In this document: piece by piece, positions 21,726 through 40,018 of the stretch
How positions within the stretch are numbered: the stretch's first letter is position 1
Layout of the letters: every line of letters begins with the position of its first letter
Source: the human T2T-CHM13v2.0 reference genome, Homo sapiens
Assembly: GCF_009914755.1 (NCBI RefSeq)
Contig: NC_060942.1
Direction: 5' to 3' (one strand)
Length of the DNA: 64,000 nucleotides
The notes under the pieces: generated by a model
Database searches by the model: none
Seen by the model: only the letters and a program-made list of their open reading frames with translations
What the model was told of the DNA's origin: nothing
Made by a program: the position numbers and the translations under genes

Positions 21726-22925
21726 CTAAGGGAAAAATAACAAAGATTTCCCAAGCTGACACATCTAGATTCAAATGCTTGACTGATAAAAAGTAATTAA
21801 GTGAGGACAGTCATATTTGAGTCTTTAGACAGTAGCACTGAACAGTAAAAAAAAATGATCAAACATGAACTTAGGTACTAAGTGCAGTAATGAAAACATA
21901 CCACTACAGGGTGACAGGAACAGCAGAAATGCCATACTGATAAGATCAATGATGATTACAGTTTATGGTTCTGACAAAACTGTTCAGGGATTATTTACAG
22001 AAAATATACCAGTTGTGGGCTTCAAAGACAATTTCCTCAAAGTCATGAATGAATGTCTAAAAAAGAAAATTATCCTAAATTTATCTTATACAATATAAGC
22101 ATACAGATACATAAATAGATTAAGGGATTGCTTGCAAATGCAAAAGAAATTATGTGCTCTTCAAGGTTAATTCTAGAAAACAGGATTCTCCAAAATGTAG
22201 AAACTGTTAGGACTGGAAAAATTTTATATATGTACCATGTGATAATTCAAATATTAATTTTCTTCTAAGTCTTCCATGGTTTGATGTTCATAACAAAAAT
22301 AATACTGTAATTCTTTGATCTAGTAAGAAAAAAATGTATTTTCCCCCCACTCCTTTTCATAAAAACTTAGTCACCTAAAAGTGACTCATCAACACCAAAA
22401 AAACACCTAAAAGGGACCATCAACACACAGAAAAGTAATGGCTACAACCAGTGGAAGCCTCTTGAAATCCAGTAGTATAAAAGTGGCTTGCCAGTCACGG
22501 TGGCTCACACCTGTAATCCCAGCATTCTGGGAGGCCAAGGCGGGTGGATCACGAGGTCAGGAGTTCAAGACCAGCCTGGCCAAGGTGTTGAACCCTCGTC
22601 TCTACTAAAAACACAAAAATTAGCCAGGCACGGTGGCGGGCGCCTATAATCCCAGCTACTTGGAAGACTGAGGCAGGAGAACCACTTGAACCCAGGTAGT
22701 GGAGGTTGCAGTGAGTATACCACTGCACTCTAGCCTGGGTGACAGAGCAAGACTCTGTCTCAATAACTAAAAATAAAAAAAAAAATCAGTGGTTTACATT
22801 ATACGATCCAAGAGCGATTAAATCACATATACTTCAGAAATGATTTTTTAAAAGTTTTAAACAGAAATAGAGCACCTGAGAATTATTCTTTACAGTTATA
22901 TAATTAAAAAACCACCTCAACTTAC

Positions 22926-22970
22926 CTTCCAGAGAGGGCCCTCATATCGTTTCAATGCTTTGTAGATGAC
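22926..22970 (-). CDS. OSBPL1A: OSBPL1A coding exon (probably exon 9), start of PH domain: VIYKALKRYEGPLWK
   Basis: 45 nt; acceptor ttgacag|GTC, donor AAG|gtaagt; follows a 102-nt intron; PH beta-1 motif EGPLWK. Confidence 0.95.
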
Positions 22971-23072
22971 CTGTCAAAAACATGTTTTCATGAAAAATGC
23001 ATCTACATATTTCAAACATTCAAAAATTTTTTTCTAAAAATTATTAGATAAATTTAATTCATTACTCTGTAC

Positions 23073-23134
23073 CTTATTACCAACAAGAATGTGTTTCATT
23101 TCAGCACCCTGGGCAAGGTCAAGAGGTTTCTGAT
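23073..23134 (-). CDS. OSBPL1A: OSBPL1A coding exon (probably exon 8): (D)QKPLDLAQGAEMKHILVGNK
   Basis: 62 nt; acceptor gcacag|AT, donor AAG|gtacag; phase 1 to 0. Confidence 0.95.
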
Positions 23135-23344
23135 CTGTGCAAAATACAAAGAAAAAAAGCCATCAACAGCTTAAATGTACTATGACAATCAATGCTGTAA
23201 CTGCAGCATCTAATAGTCCTTCATTTTTCTATTGCCTATATCTTTTTCTTTCCCCAGAAAATTACCTACCAGAGAGAGGTTGCCATCTCAATTATTTATG
23301 GCCTCCCTTTTGGTCGCTAACTATTAAGCCAGCAAATCAGATTA

Positions 23345-23750
23345 ACTTCACAACAAATTATCATGAACTCATAAATTTGTGGCTTAAACAATACAAATTT
23401 ATTATCTTACAGTTTCAGAGATCAGAAGTCTGAAATCAATTTCACTGGGCTGAAATCAACATGTGGACAGAGCTGCATTCCTTCTGGAGGCTCTAAGGGA
23501 GACATTTCCTTGCCTTTTCCACTTCTAGCGGCCAACTACCTGACTTGACATGGGGTCTCTTCCTCCATCTCCAAAGCACATCATTCCAACCTCTGCTTCC
23601 AGCATTCTGTTCTCTCTCTCTCTATAGCCCTCCCTCCTATCAGGAGCCTTGTAACTACATAGATCTACCTGGATAATTCAGGATTTCCCCTCATCTCAAG
23701 ATACCTAACTAATCACAAATTTGGGGTCCACTCTTTAGCCGACCACAGCC
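23345..23750 (-). mobile_element. MLT1 (MaLR) LTR fragment
   Basis: GGCTTAAACAA..AAATTTATTATCTTACAGTT...AGAAGTCTGAAAT...CTTCTGGAGGCTCT motifs. Confidence 0.7.
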
Positions 23751-25352
23751 ACGCTTCAGCCGTCTCGCTGCATAATGGGTAGCAGAGATGGCTCACAAGC
23801 TGAGGGTGTGATGGTCCACAATTTAGGACAAAAGAAAAAGGTGACAATGGAGAATAAAGCCGGCAAGCTATCAATGTTAATTTTTCCAACCTTACACATG
23901 CACATTCCATGTTTTGCCCAACAACAACAAAAATGGAGTTTGTCTTATCAAAGTTATTTATAGAGTTCTGAAGTGAGCAGGACATTAAATGAAGGACAAA
24001 AGGTAAAAAAACAAACAAACAAAAACCCACAAATAAATCAAACCATCTCCTAGCCTCAAATAGCTTATTATTAGAGAAATGAAAGCTACCTATGAAAATT
24101 AGAACAGTCCTTTCAAAACAACATATCAATGAGAACTCTGGAACTGTTTATGCAGGAAGGTGATATATTCTATCAGATAACCTTTTAGGCCAGGCGCAGT
24201 GGCTCACAACTATAATCCCAGTACTCTGGGAGGCTAAGGCGGAAGGATGGCTTGAGGCCAGAAGCTTAAGACTCGCCGGGGTAATACAGTGAGACCTTAT
24301 CTCTACAAAAAAAAAAAAAAAAAATTTAATTAGCCAGGCACGGTGGCATGTGCCTACAGTCCCAGCTACCACTGCACTCCAGACTGGGTGACAGAGTGAG
24401 ACTCTGTCTCTAAAAACAAAAAGGGGGGCTGGGGGTGGTTTAAAATAATAATATTTTTATAAATACCAAACATCTGGTATGTGTTGGCAATTTTTTTGTA
24501 TGATATCCCCTAATGAGGGTCTGTTATGTACCGATTACTATTTTAGGCACTGAGGATTCAGCAGTGAACATAACAGAAAAAATACTGGGGGGATGGGAAA
24601 GCATAGAAGGTGGGAAAGACAGATGATAAATTAATTCTTAAAGATACAGCAGACAATGAACCACGGTACGCCCAGACTTTTTAAATAAATGATTTGACAG
24701 AGTAACTGGGATACCACTTTAGATTGGAGGATGAGGGGTTGATCAGGGAAGGCCTCTTTGAGGAAGGGATGTCTAGGTTGAAAAGAAGGATCCAGCCTTG
24801 TGAAAATACAGGGAAGGACATTCTAGCAGAGGAACAGCTGATGCAAAGGCTCTGAGGTAGGAACAATTCAGCAGGCAAGAGATAAAGTCAGAGAGGCACG
24901 CAGAGGCCACATCACACAAGGGGTTTGTAGGCCAGACTTTTGTAAGCCAGCATAAGGAGTTTGAGTTTTATTCTAAATAGGATGAAAAGCCACTGAAGGG
25001 TTTTAAGTAAGAGTAACATGATCTGACTCATGTTTAAAACTCTGTCAAAGTGTTAAAAAATTATAATATAGGCCGGGTGCAGTGACGCATGCCTGTAATC
25101 CCAGCACTTTGGGAGGCCGAGGTGGGCAGATCACCTTAGGTCAGGAGTTCGAGACCAGCCTGGCCAACATGGTGAAACCCCCATCTCTACTAAAAATACA
25201 AAAATTAGCTGGGTGTGGTGGCAGGCACCTGTAATCCCAGCTACTCTGGAGACTGAGGCAGGAGAATCACTTGAACCTGAGAGGCGGAGTTGCAGTGAGC
25301 TGAGATCGCGCCATTGCACTCCAGCCTGGGGAACAAGAGCAAGACTTCGTCT

Positions 25353-25383
<31 letters not shown>

Positions 25384-25638
25384 TAATAATAATAACTGGG
25401 AAAACACAAACTTTGGCAGTTCCATGATTTTGATAAATTACTAGAATATTATTAATAGGATAATGCTATTGTGCTTATGTTTTTTAATAGCCCCATTGAG
25501 ATACAAATTAACATACAATTTACTCACTTAAACTGCACAAATTCAATGGTTTTTATAGGTGCACAGAGTTGTGCAACTATCACATGCTTGTGGTTTTTGT
25601 TAAAGGGTGTCCTTATTTTTTACTAATATACTGGACTA

Positions 25639-25981
25639 CAGATGTTCCCCAACTTACAACAGTTCAACTTAATGGTTTTTCAACTATCACAGCTCACCAC
25701 AGCCTCGACCTCTTGGGCTCAAGTGATCCTCTCACCTCAGCCTCCCTGGTAGCTGGAACTGCAGTCATGTGTCATCACACCTGGCTAATTTTTGTATTTT
25801 TTTGTAGGAATGGGGTTTCACCAGGTTAGTCTCAAATTCCTAGGCTCAAGCGATCTGCCAGCCTCAGCATCCCAGAGTGCTGGGATTACAGGTGTGAGCT
25901 ACTGTACCTGGCCTTAAGTGTATTTTCAATTTACAATGGTTCTATGAGGACGTGGCCCCACAGTAAGTTGAGGAGCACTGG
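25639..25981 (-). mobile_element. MER47/Tigger5-type DNA transposon interrupted by a partial Alu
   Basis: TA-CAGATGTTCCCCAACTTAC and GTAAGTTGAGGAGCACTG TIR-like ends. Confidence 0.6.
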
Positions 25982-26008
25982 GTATGTATGAATAAAATGG
26001 CATGACAG

Positions 26009-26062
26009 GCCTTCTCTTTCCAGTTCTTCCCAGAATTGGGAAAAGCTGGGTTGAGAGGGTAA
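26009..26062 (+). ncRNA. MIR320C2: miR-320 family hairpin (mir-320c-2); mature miR-320c AAAAGCUGGGUUGAGAGGGU at 26041-26060
   Basis: GCCTTCTCTTTCCAGTTCTTCCCAGAATTGGGAAAAGCTGGGTTGAGAGGGT matches the recalled mir-320c-2 precursor; antisense to OSBPL1A. Confidence 0.9.
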
Positions 26063-26416
26063 GAAAAGAAAAACAAATAAATTTTTTAAAAAGAAAAAGA
26101 GATGGCATGATATCTGGAATTGTTTCACAAGAATTCAGGGAGTAGGAAGAGATACAGAGTGGCCATTATTGCTAAGTTCTGGAGGAGGGTGATGGGTACA
26201 TCAATTAATTATGCTATTTGATTTCTGAAGCTTTGATAATTTCCATGATTTTTTTTAAAAAGGTCACTCTGGCTGTTGTGTGCAATATGGCTTGTAAACG
26301 TGGGCAAAAGAAATGCAGGGAGGCTAATTACAAAGAGATGGCAATAGTGCAGGTAAAGGATACTGGTGGTTTGGACTAGAAAGTCAGTAGTAAAATGGAG
26401 ATCATTTTTAACATAG

Positions 26417-26626
<210 letters not shown>

Positions 26627-27513
26627 TAGTAGAGATGGGGTTTCACTGTGTTAGCCAGGATGGTCTCGATCTCCTGACCTCGTGATCTGCCCGCCTGGGC
26701 CTCCCAAAGTGTTGGGATTACAGGTGTGAGCCACCGTGCCCGGCCTTGTATGTGGCTTTAAGATTTATTTTGGAGGAAGATTTATAGAGCTGCTGATGGG
26801 GAACCTGGGGCTGGTGATACATTACTTCTTTAGTGGGGAAAAAACTTTTTAAAACATTAACCAAAAAATTAATACTCAGTTTAGTTTTTCTGCCTAGCAC
26901 ATAGGAAAATGCCTTATAGAGGTCTGCCAATTCTGTGTTATTTTCATTCTACCTACAGGGCACTTTGGAGAAATTATTTCTTTAGGCAGAGAGAAAGACA
27001 ACACTATGATTTCTTTCATAGAATTCTGCCCTAATACCAAAAATAAATTCTGAACTCCTGCCAACTAGATGAAATTCCAGAAGAGAGACCTCATTTCTGG
27101 ATTTGATGTCTAAAATGCCTGGCACACAGTAAGAATTCAATAAAATGCTTTTGAACTAAATGAAATAGCCTCCTAGATGGAATCTAGATGGGTTCCACCA
27201 CCAGTTAAAAAATACACTATCTCTCTTACCAACCACAACAAAATAAAGTGAAAAACAGGAATGATGTAATATTTAAAAGTTTGCATGACACAGATTTGTC
27301 CCTTAATGGGAAAATTTAATAAAGATGCCAATTCTCCTTAAATTAATTTACATAGAATGTAATTTCAATTAAATCCCAATGAAGAGCCTCAGAAAATTAT
27401 TTTAAATGCCTTCTGGAAGAATAAACAGATAAGGATGTCAAAGAAAATCCTTAAAAATGGTAAGGGGAAATCTCACATATTAAAACATTATAACCATTAA
27501 AAGTGCAATACTA

Positions 27514-29103
<1,590 letters not shown>

Positions 29104-29156
29104 CTATTAAAAAAAAAAAAAAAAAAGAGGCCAGGTGCAGTGGCTCATGCCTGTTA

Positions 29157-29558
<402 letters not shown>

Positions 29559-29559
29559 T

Positions 29560-30106
29560 CACATTCACTTTGCTGCTCAAAGCCCTCCAACCACACTCAC
29601 ATACCACCAAGCTCCTGCTCACAGCCAACCAGGCCCTGCAGGCCTGGGCCTCTGGCAGCTCTGATGCTATCCACTCTTCTCCAGCTCGCCCTGCTCTGGG
29701 CACACTGGCAGTTTTCCTTTTCCTCAATGTGCCACGTGTTCTTCTACTCCAGAGCTTTTACACTGGCTTTCCATTTTCCTTGAATGCTCTTCTGCCAGAC
29801 TTCCTCAGGGTTCACTCCTGTACTCAACTCAGCTGTTTGCTCAAAGTTGCTTAGAGAGCCCTTCCTTTGCATCCCTTCTAAGATACCCCCCATCCTACCA
29901 TCACTCTCTAGTCCCTTCATCCTATTTTATTTTCCTGCACCTCATGGCCTGACAGCACATATGCATTTATTTGTTGTCTACCTCCTCCCACCAGAATATG
30001 AGCTCAAGAGCACGGGGACTGTTGGGCTGTGTTCACTGCTGGGCCTCCAGCACCTAGGACGGTTCTTGGCACACAGTGGAGGCGCAGCATTGCTGAATGA
30101 ATGAAT
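29560..30106 (+). mobile_element. L2 3' fragment
   Basis: Typical L2 3' end ...CTTGGCACACAGT...TTGCTGAATGAATGAATG. Confidence 0.7.
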
Positions 30107-31733
30107 GTGATTAAACTGGGAGGAAACAAAATTAAACATTTATCAAATCTCTACCTAAGCTAAGAAGTCTTAGAAGAAATCAAAGAGATGGATTAACCAA
30201 TTTGATTAAAAATTTTAAATATCCTTGCTTTTATTTTTTAATTTTAATTTTATTTTTTTTCAGACATGGAGTCTTGCTGTGTTGCCCAGCCTACAAACTC
30301 CTGGGCTCAAGCAATCCTCCTGCATTGGCCTCCCAAAGTGCTAGGATTACAGGCGTGAGCCACCATAGCTAGCCCCTTATTTTTTAGAAAAGAAAAAAAG
30401 AAAAAAAGACTAGGACATTTTCACTCTAGAAAAAAAAACATACAGAATTGTTCTTATCACTAGACTTTTGAGTGAAAAAATTATGTTATATCCACATGAA
30501 GTACTTTCCATAAGGTGAGCCATGATGACTGTGCTTCTGGGGACAATGTGGAAAAGCTGTTGATGCTTCATAAAAGTGGAATTTTATCAGGCCAACTCTA
30601 TTTACAACCTGTCAACTAAAATGAAGAGACACTTTCTGAGGTGTCTGCCAGTCCTCATCCATTCACCCCTCTCTGTCCCTATCCACATTGCCAGGAGGAG
30701 GCCTTGGCAGTCACCTCTGTACCATATGTCCTGCCCCTAAAGTCCCAAGTGACCACACTAGGCACAGACGCCTGACACAAGCAGGTACTAACACATTATC
30801 TCCCACTGAAATGTAACATTGAGGTTGAGAGATTGTGGTCTCCTGAGTGGAGTCACGGGGCAGCCATCTTCCATTATGTATCCTGGAAAACAAAACAGCT
30901 GGTCTGCTAGAAGACATGATCAGACCACGCAGTGAGAGACAGACACACAAGGCAGCCATCTGGGTTCCTAACAGTTCTCTGGTTCCCAGTTCCATCCCAT
31001 CTGATGCCTAATGCCATTTCCCACTTTGGAATATCATGAGATGACTGTGTATTCGTCTGTGAGTAATGTATAACTTTTCTTTTGCTTATATTCTTGAGGT
31101 AGTATCATTACTTAAAACTTTTTAAAAAATATATGTTACTATGAAACATTAACAACTAAAACTAAAACATTAACAACTAAAAACTAAATCTTTGGACGTT
31201 TGGGTTAGAGGTGATTATATACTTTTCTAGTGCTTTTGTTTTCCTCATTGCAACTATAACAAGCATTAGTTCTACAATTTTTAAAAAATGTTCTAAAATA
31301 GGCCTGAAAATAGATTAGAAGGATGCCAAAGTAACTGTGGCTATGCTTGGGTAATTTGCGGGTTTTTTCTTTTTTCCTATTTTTGAAGAATTTCTATAAT
31401 GTAAATGTTGCTCTTATGGTTTTTTTCTTTTTTCTTTTTTTTTTTTTTGAAACGGAGTCTTGCTCTGTCACCCATGCTGTAGTTCAGTGGCCCAATCTTG
31501 GCTCACTTCAACCTCTACCTCCCAGGTTCAAGCGATTCTCCTGCCACAGCCTCCTAAGTAACTGGGATTACAGGCGTGCTCCACCATGCCCGGCTAATTT
31601 TGTATTTTTAGTAAAGACAAGGTTTTACCATGTTGGCCTTGAACTCCTGACCTCAAGTGATCCACCCGCCATGGCCTGCCAAAGTGCTGGGATTACAGGA
31701 GTGAGCCACCGCACCCAGCCTTTGATTGATTGA

Positions 31734-31910
<177 letters not shown>

Positions 31911-32350
31911 TAGTAGAGACAGGATTTCATCATGTTGGTCAGGCTGGTCTCAAACACCTGACCTCAAATTATCCGCCTGCCTCAGCCTCCCAAAGTACTG
32001 GGATTACAGGCTTGAGCCACCACTCCTGGCCTGATTTTTTTAAATTATTCTCTTTCAGAAGATGCCATTCTGACTTTTGTCAAAAACAAATTAATAGCTT
32101 TAACAGGAATGTTCAACTTTGGTTACTAGTATAAACTATAGAGTAAATATATATTTGAATACCAATAGTAACTTTTCAATATTTACAAGGGAAGTTTTTT
32201 TTTTTCCATTTAGACTGGTATTTGTATGGAACTATATTAATTCTTATTTCATTTGGACACTTCTGAATCTACATTTTTGAAGGAAAAATCATTATAAAAT
32301 ACCACACAGAAAAACTGCTCAAGTCTTTGGCAAACTGGTAAAGACACTAG

Positions 32351-32620
<270 letters not shown>

Positions 32621-33016
32621 TGATCCGCCCGCCTCAGCCTCCCAAAGTGCTGGGATTACAGGTGTGAGTCACTGCACCTGGCCAAAATCTCACTTTGACA
32701 TCAATATTTGCTTTTGTAACTCTTAGTTTATCCTTTTCCATTGACTGTCTTCACACCTCTGTCGAAAATTAAATCACCATACTTACATGGGTTGATTTCT
32801 GAATTCTCTCCTCCTCCATGAACCTGTATCTGTCTTAGGGACACAGGGAAAGGCTCTCTGGGGAAGCAGAGTTTGAGCTAGCTCTTAAAGCAAGACTAGG
32901 GTTTACCAGACGGACAAGAAAGACAAGAGCACTTCTGGCAGAGAGAATAGTATGTGCAAGGTGAGGACAACACAGTGAACCAGAGAGCCTCCAGGACAGT
33001 TCATTATGTGTAGAGC

Positions 33017-33330
33017 TGCACTGTCCAATATGGTGGACAGTAATCACATACGGCTACACAGTGCTTCAAATGTGGCTAGTCCATACTGAGATGTGCTGTA
33101 AGTGCAGAAATACACACCAGATTTCAAAGACTTAGTATCAAAAAAGGAATGTAAGATCTCACTGATAATTACTGTTTACCGATTATATGTTGAAATGGCA
33201 TTTTGGATATATTACTTTAAATAAAACACATAATTGCAATTGATTTCACCTCTTTTTTCACTTTTAACATGGCTACTAGAAATTTAAAATTACATATGTG
33301 ACTCCCATCATATTTCTATTAGACAGTGAG
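33017..33330. mobile_element. MER33 (hAT-Charlie)
   Basis: CTGCACTGTCCAATATGG...TTTCTATTAGACAGTG ends; internal AAATACACACCAGATTTCAAAGACTTAGTA. Confidence 0.75.
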
Positions 33331-33654
33331 AGTCTAGAGCATAACAGCCAGTCAAGCAGGGGATCTCTAACCAATTTTCTTTCTCCTTTCTACTCCTATT
33401 GATGTCAATAAAGCTCAGGTCCTAGCCAGACATAGTGGCATGCATCTGTGGTCCCAGCTACGTAGGAGGCTGAGGCAAAAGGGTCACTTGAGCTCAGAGT
33501 TTGAGGCTGCAGTGAGCAAAGATCACACCACTGCACTCCAGCCTGAGCAAAAGGGTGAGACCCCATCTCTAAGGAGAAAATTTTTAAAAGACATTAGGTG
33601 CAGTGGCTCCCACCTGTAATCCTAGCACTTTGGGAGGCTGAGGCGGGCGGGTCA

Positions 33655-33928
<274 letters not shown>

Positions 33929-34778
33929 TCACTGAGTTGTCCATGGATATAACATACCAGTTAATTTTAATTACATATAAAATATATATTAACTGAATAT
34001 ATAAAATTAAACATAGGTACACTGGCCTGCCTTGCAATGAAGGCTAATGATTTATGACTGTAGCATATAGTTAATATTCACCTTTGCTTCCACAAATATC
34101 TTTGTATAAAAAAAGTCTCTAAACTTCAAAACTCAAATTCACCAAGGAAAGCATCTTCTAAATCTTACTATGGTAAGCTCATTTTTTAGACCGTTATTCT
34201 ACATAAGGCACTTGATTTGACAGCTCCTATAATAACATTATAAATTTTAAATTGAATGTATTTTTTTATCTTAAACTGTTGTGATGGCAAAACTATTTTC
34301 CTCAAAGCTGATTGGTTATGTGGATCCACGACGGTACTTAAATGTAACCTGGCTATGCCAAGCTTAAGGCACCTTTTTATCCTGAGGCTTTTTGGTACTG
34401 AATATGATATCTGCTTGAAGAATTTTTGTTTTATTATTAAGAAATAAATGTGTCTTGCTCCTTGAAAATAAAAAGTTCAGGTCCTAATCACCTCTCACCC
34501 AAGACCATTTCAATGGCCCTGCTGTACAAGTGTAAATTTTGGGATGACCTCCGACTGCTCCCCTGGATGTGCCCTTGGATGCAGCAAACTGGGGATTTCA
34601 CCTATACCTGACTTGGATTTTTCACCTTAACCTTTTCTGATAATCTTCCCTCTGCTCAGAATACCCTTTCCCAAACTCCTGCTTATCAAAATCTTACTAG
34701 ATTATAATGGTATTGTTATTAACTACCATTATTATCAAGACAAAAAGGCTCAAGATAAAAAGACAATAATGGTAATGA

Positions 34779-35075
<297 letters not shown>

Positions 35076-35119
35076 TAGTAGGGCTTCAGGATCTGTATCA
35101 AGTACCTATTCCTTTATGA

Positions 35120-35353
<234 letters not shown>

Positions 35354-35697
35354 TGATCTACCAGCCTCGGCCTCTCAAAGTGCTGGGATTACAGGCTTGA
35401 GCCACCGGCCTGGCCTGTGAAACTATTTCTAATGACTCCAAACCTTCAACAAACATGCAGCCCTTCCCAGGTGTTATGTGCTATGCATTACTCTAGGTGC
35501 TGGGTGAACCAGACAATGAAGTATGAGGCCTGCCCTTAGGAGTTCAGTCACATGGGAGATAGCATCATAAGCCAACAAATACCATGGGGTGTGATTTAGG
35601 CTCTGATGGAGGTGAACGCAGGGTCCTGTGGGACCCCTGATGAGGCCTAACCCAGGCTGGTAGCAGGCAGCAGGAAGCATCCTAAAAAGTGATGTGA

Positions 35698-36018
<321 letters not shown>

Positions 36019-36105
36019 GGCATGTTCCTCTTTTAAATACCCAAGACACCTTTTATAGCTTCTTTTCTGGCTTCTGATTCTGTCTTTCAAATTGTCACAC
36101 ATGTA

Positions 36106-37070
<965 letters not shown>

Positions 37071-37266
37071 TACTTATCTTTTCCTTGAGGGTAGGATCTA
37101 CCTTTGTCATCATTTTTTCTTTTGTGTGAATGCCTTGGCTCCAAAATTAAATAGAAACCATACAGTTTAACAAAGGCTGGATACTGAAACAAAACAATTT
37201 TATATGGCATTGACTTCATTTTATAATTTCAAAATGGCCAACGATGGTTTTCACCAATATGCTTAC

Positions 37267-37411
37267 CATTTTTGTTCTTCAGATTAGGGTCTGCTCCACT
37301 TCTTAGAAGCTTTAAGGCACATTGTTTATGGGCCCGGTAAGCTGCACAATGCAAGGGTGTATTTCCTAACTGATCCGAACAGTTAACATCAGGAGGATTG
37401 GGCCTGTTGAG
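37267..37411 (-). CDS. OSBPL1A: OSBPL1A coding exon (probably exon 7), ankyrin repeat: LNRPNPPDVNCSDQLGNTPLHCAAYRAHKQCALKLLRSGADPNLKNKN(D)
   Basis: 145 nt; ankyrin GNTPLH...GADPN motif; acceptor gttag|CTC, donor AATG|gtaagc; phase 0 to 1. Confidence 0.97.
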
Positions 37412-38569
37412 CTAACAATTAAAAAAATGCAATGCAGAATTATATATCAAAGATAGACTTTCCTCTCATAATTCACAGGAGGGTGTATCAGCAGAGCCCG
37501 AAGAATAGCCAAGCTCCTTGGCATCCAGGCTGTTAGTGGTTTCTTGCTCACTAAACCAGCCAACCCTGCCACACCCATGCTTATTCTCAGATGCCCTGAG
37601 ATAGATCTCAGGCCTGTGTCCGGGTCTCACACTCCTCTGACAAGAGACACTCTGCACTGTGCCAGCACCATCTCACACACCTCAGACACTAAGATTTCAC
37701 AATGATTTACATGCCCCTACCAGGCTTGCAATTCATACTTGTGACAGCAGAATTACAAATCAGTCTGCCAGTCCTTCAGAAGAGTTAAAACCATAAATGT
37801 TAAATGTGTAAATGTCAAGGTTCTACTGAATTTGTTGTTCCCAACTTATTGCTTTAGAAGCTTCTTTATATAGCCTCCATTTCACAAAATTTAAAAACTG
37901 CTTTAGGTGCTATACTTAGAAACCAAAGAGGCCCTTTCAAATGAGCTGAAATAACTTTAAAGCAAATGGCAGTGCTTCAGTCATGAATTCAGAACAAATT
38001 TAGAGTTTCATGTTTAATGAGACTGTGCAGGAATGGAAGCTGGAAAGTAGGTCTTCTAAGGTGGCGGGGAACAGGCAAACCTTTCAGTCTAATGTGGTAT
38101 AAGTATTCCAAAATACTGTCCCTTCTTTGCATAGTACCTTCCAGAAGTGTAGCATTCCTCCCAGAAACTACTGCTGATCAAAACTAGAAAAACTTATTCC
38201 TTTATAGGGTCCTATTTATTATGTTTCAATTGGCTTAATCACAAAATATATGTAATATATATATAAGTTGTCCTTACATTAACTATTTACCATGAAAAAT
38301 CAGATTCTTATCCATCAGGTTTTCAGGGGGATTAGGGTGGGTGTAAATCAGAAATTCAGAAAAATATCACCATTTAAAATGTGTCCTGCTTAAACTATCA
38401 CCATGCTGAGTGTTTTTAGATATTAAGAACTTTGGTTCTACTATTATGATCTCTGGAGTTCTTGGTTCCACAATTCAACTAAATTATTTACTTAACATTA
38501 AGTAAAAATTTTCCTGAAGTGTAAAGAAAGACTGCTTTTTGTCTTTTGGGGGTTTTTTGTTTGTTTTAC

Positions 38570-38655
38570 CAGAGCTGTGAGTTCTGTTGTTTTGCCTTCT
38601 CTTGCTGCTGCTAAAAGTAATTCTTCAAGCTTTCTTTGTTGAGTCCTTTCTACAG
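38570..38655 (-). CDS. OSBPL1A: OSBPL1A coding exon (probably exon 6): (A)VERTQQRKLEELLLAAAREGKTTELTAL
   Basis: 86 nt; acceptor ttttgcag|CT, donor CTG|gtaaaa; phase 1 to 0; contained in ORF 38498..38683. Confidence 0.96.
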
Positions 38656-39134
38656 CTGCAAAAGAAAAGTACTTATTATCCACTGCTAGTCAGGATCCAA
38701 TTACAAATTCATTATAAAGAATAAAGTGATCATGATGAGAAAAACCAAAATGTTTTGGATTGTAATTCAAATGCAGTTAAAATTTATTGTTATTACCTTA
38801 CAATTCAGATTACAGAATTCTATTTATTTCAGGTTTGGATGAATTTGGGTTTTCAATTCAGAAGTCTTTAAGTATTTTACTCACTAACAATAACCATCAA
38901 AACTAATTATGGATTACTTTTATGTACCGAAACACTATTACATATTTGCCTTGGAAAGGTAGGTAAGTGGGGTTCATACCTTCTAGAACCTTAGAATGTG
39001 AAAAATAACAAGAAATAGCACTGATAGAAAGATGTACATGTCGTATAAATATATGCAGACATACCAATTTATTTATAAATTGCCACATAAAAATATAAAA
39101 TTTATGTATGTATGTATATATGTTGAGAAAGTCA

Positions 39135-40018
<884 letters not shown>

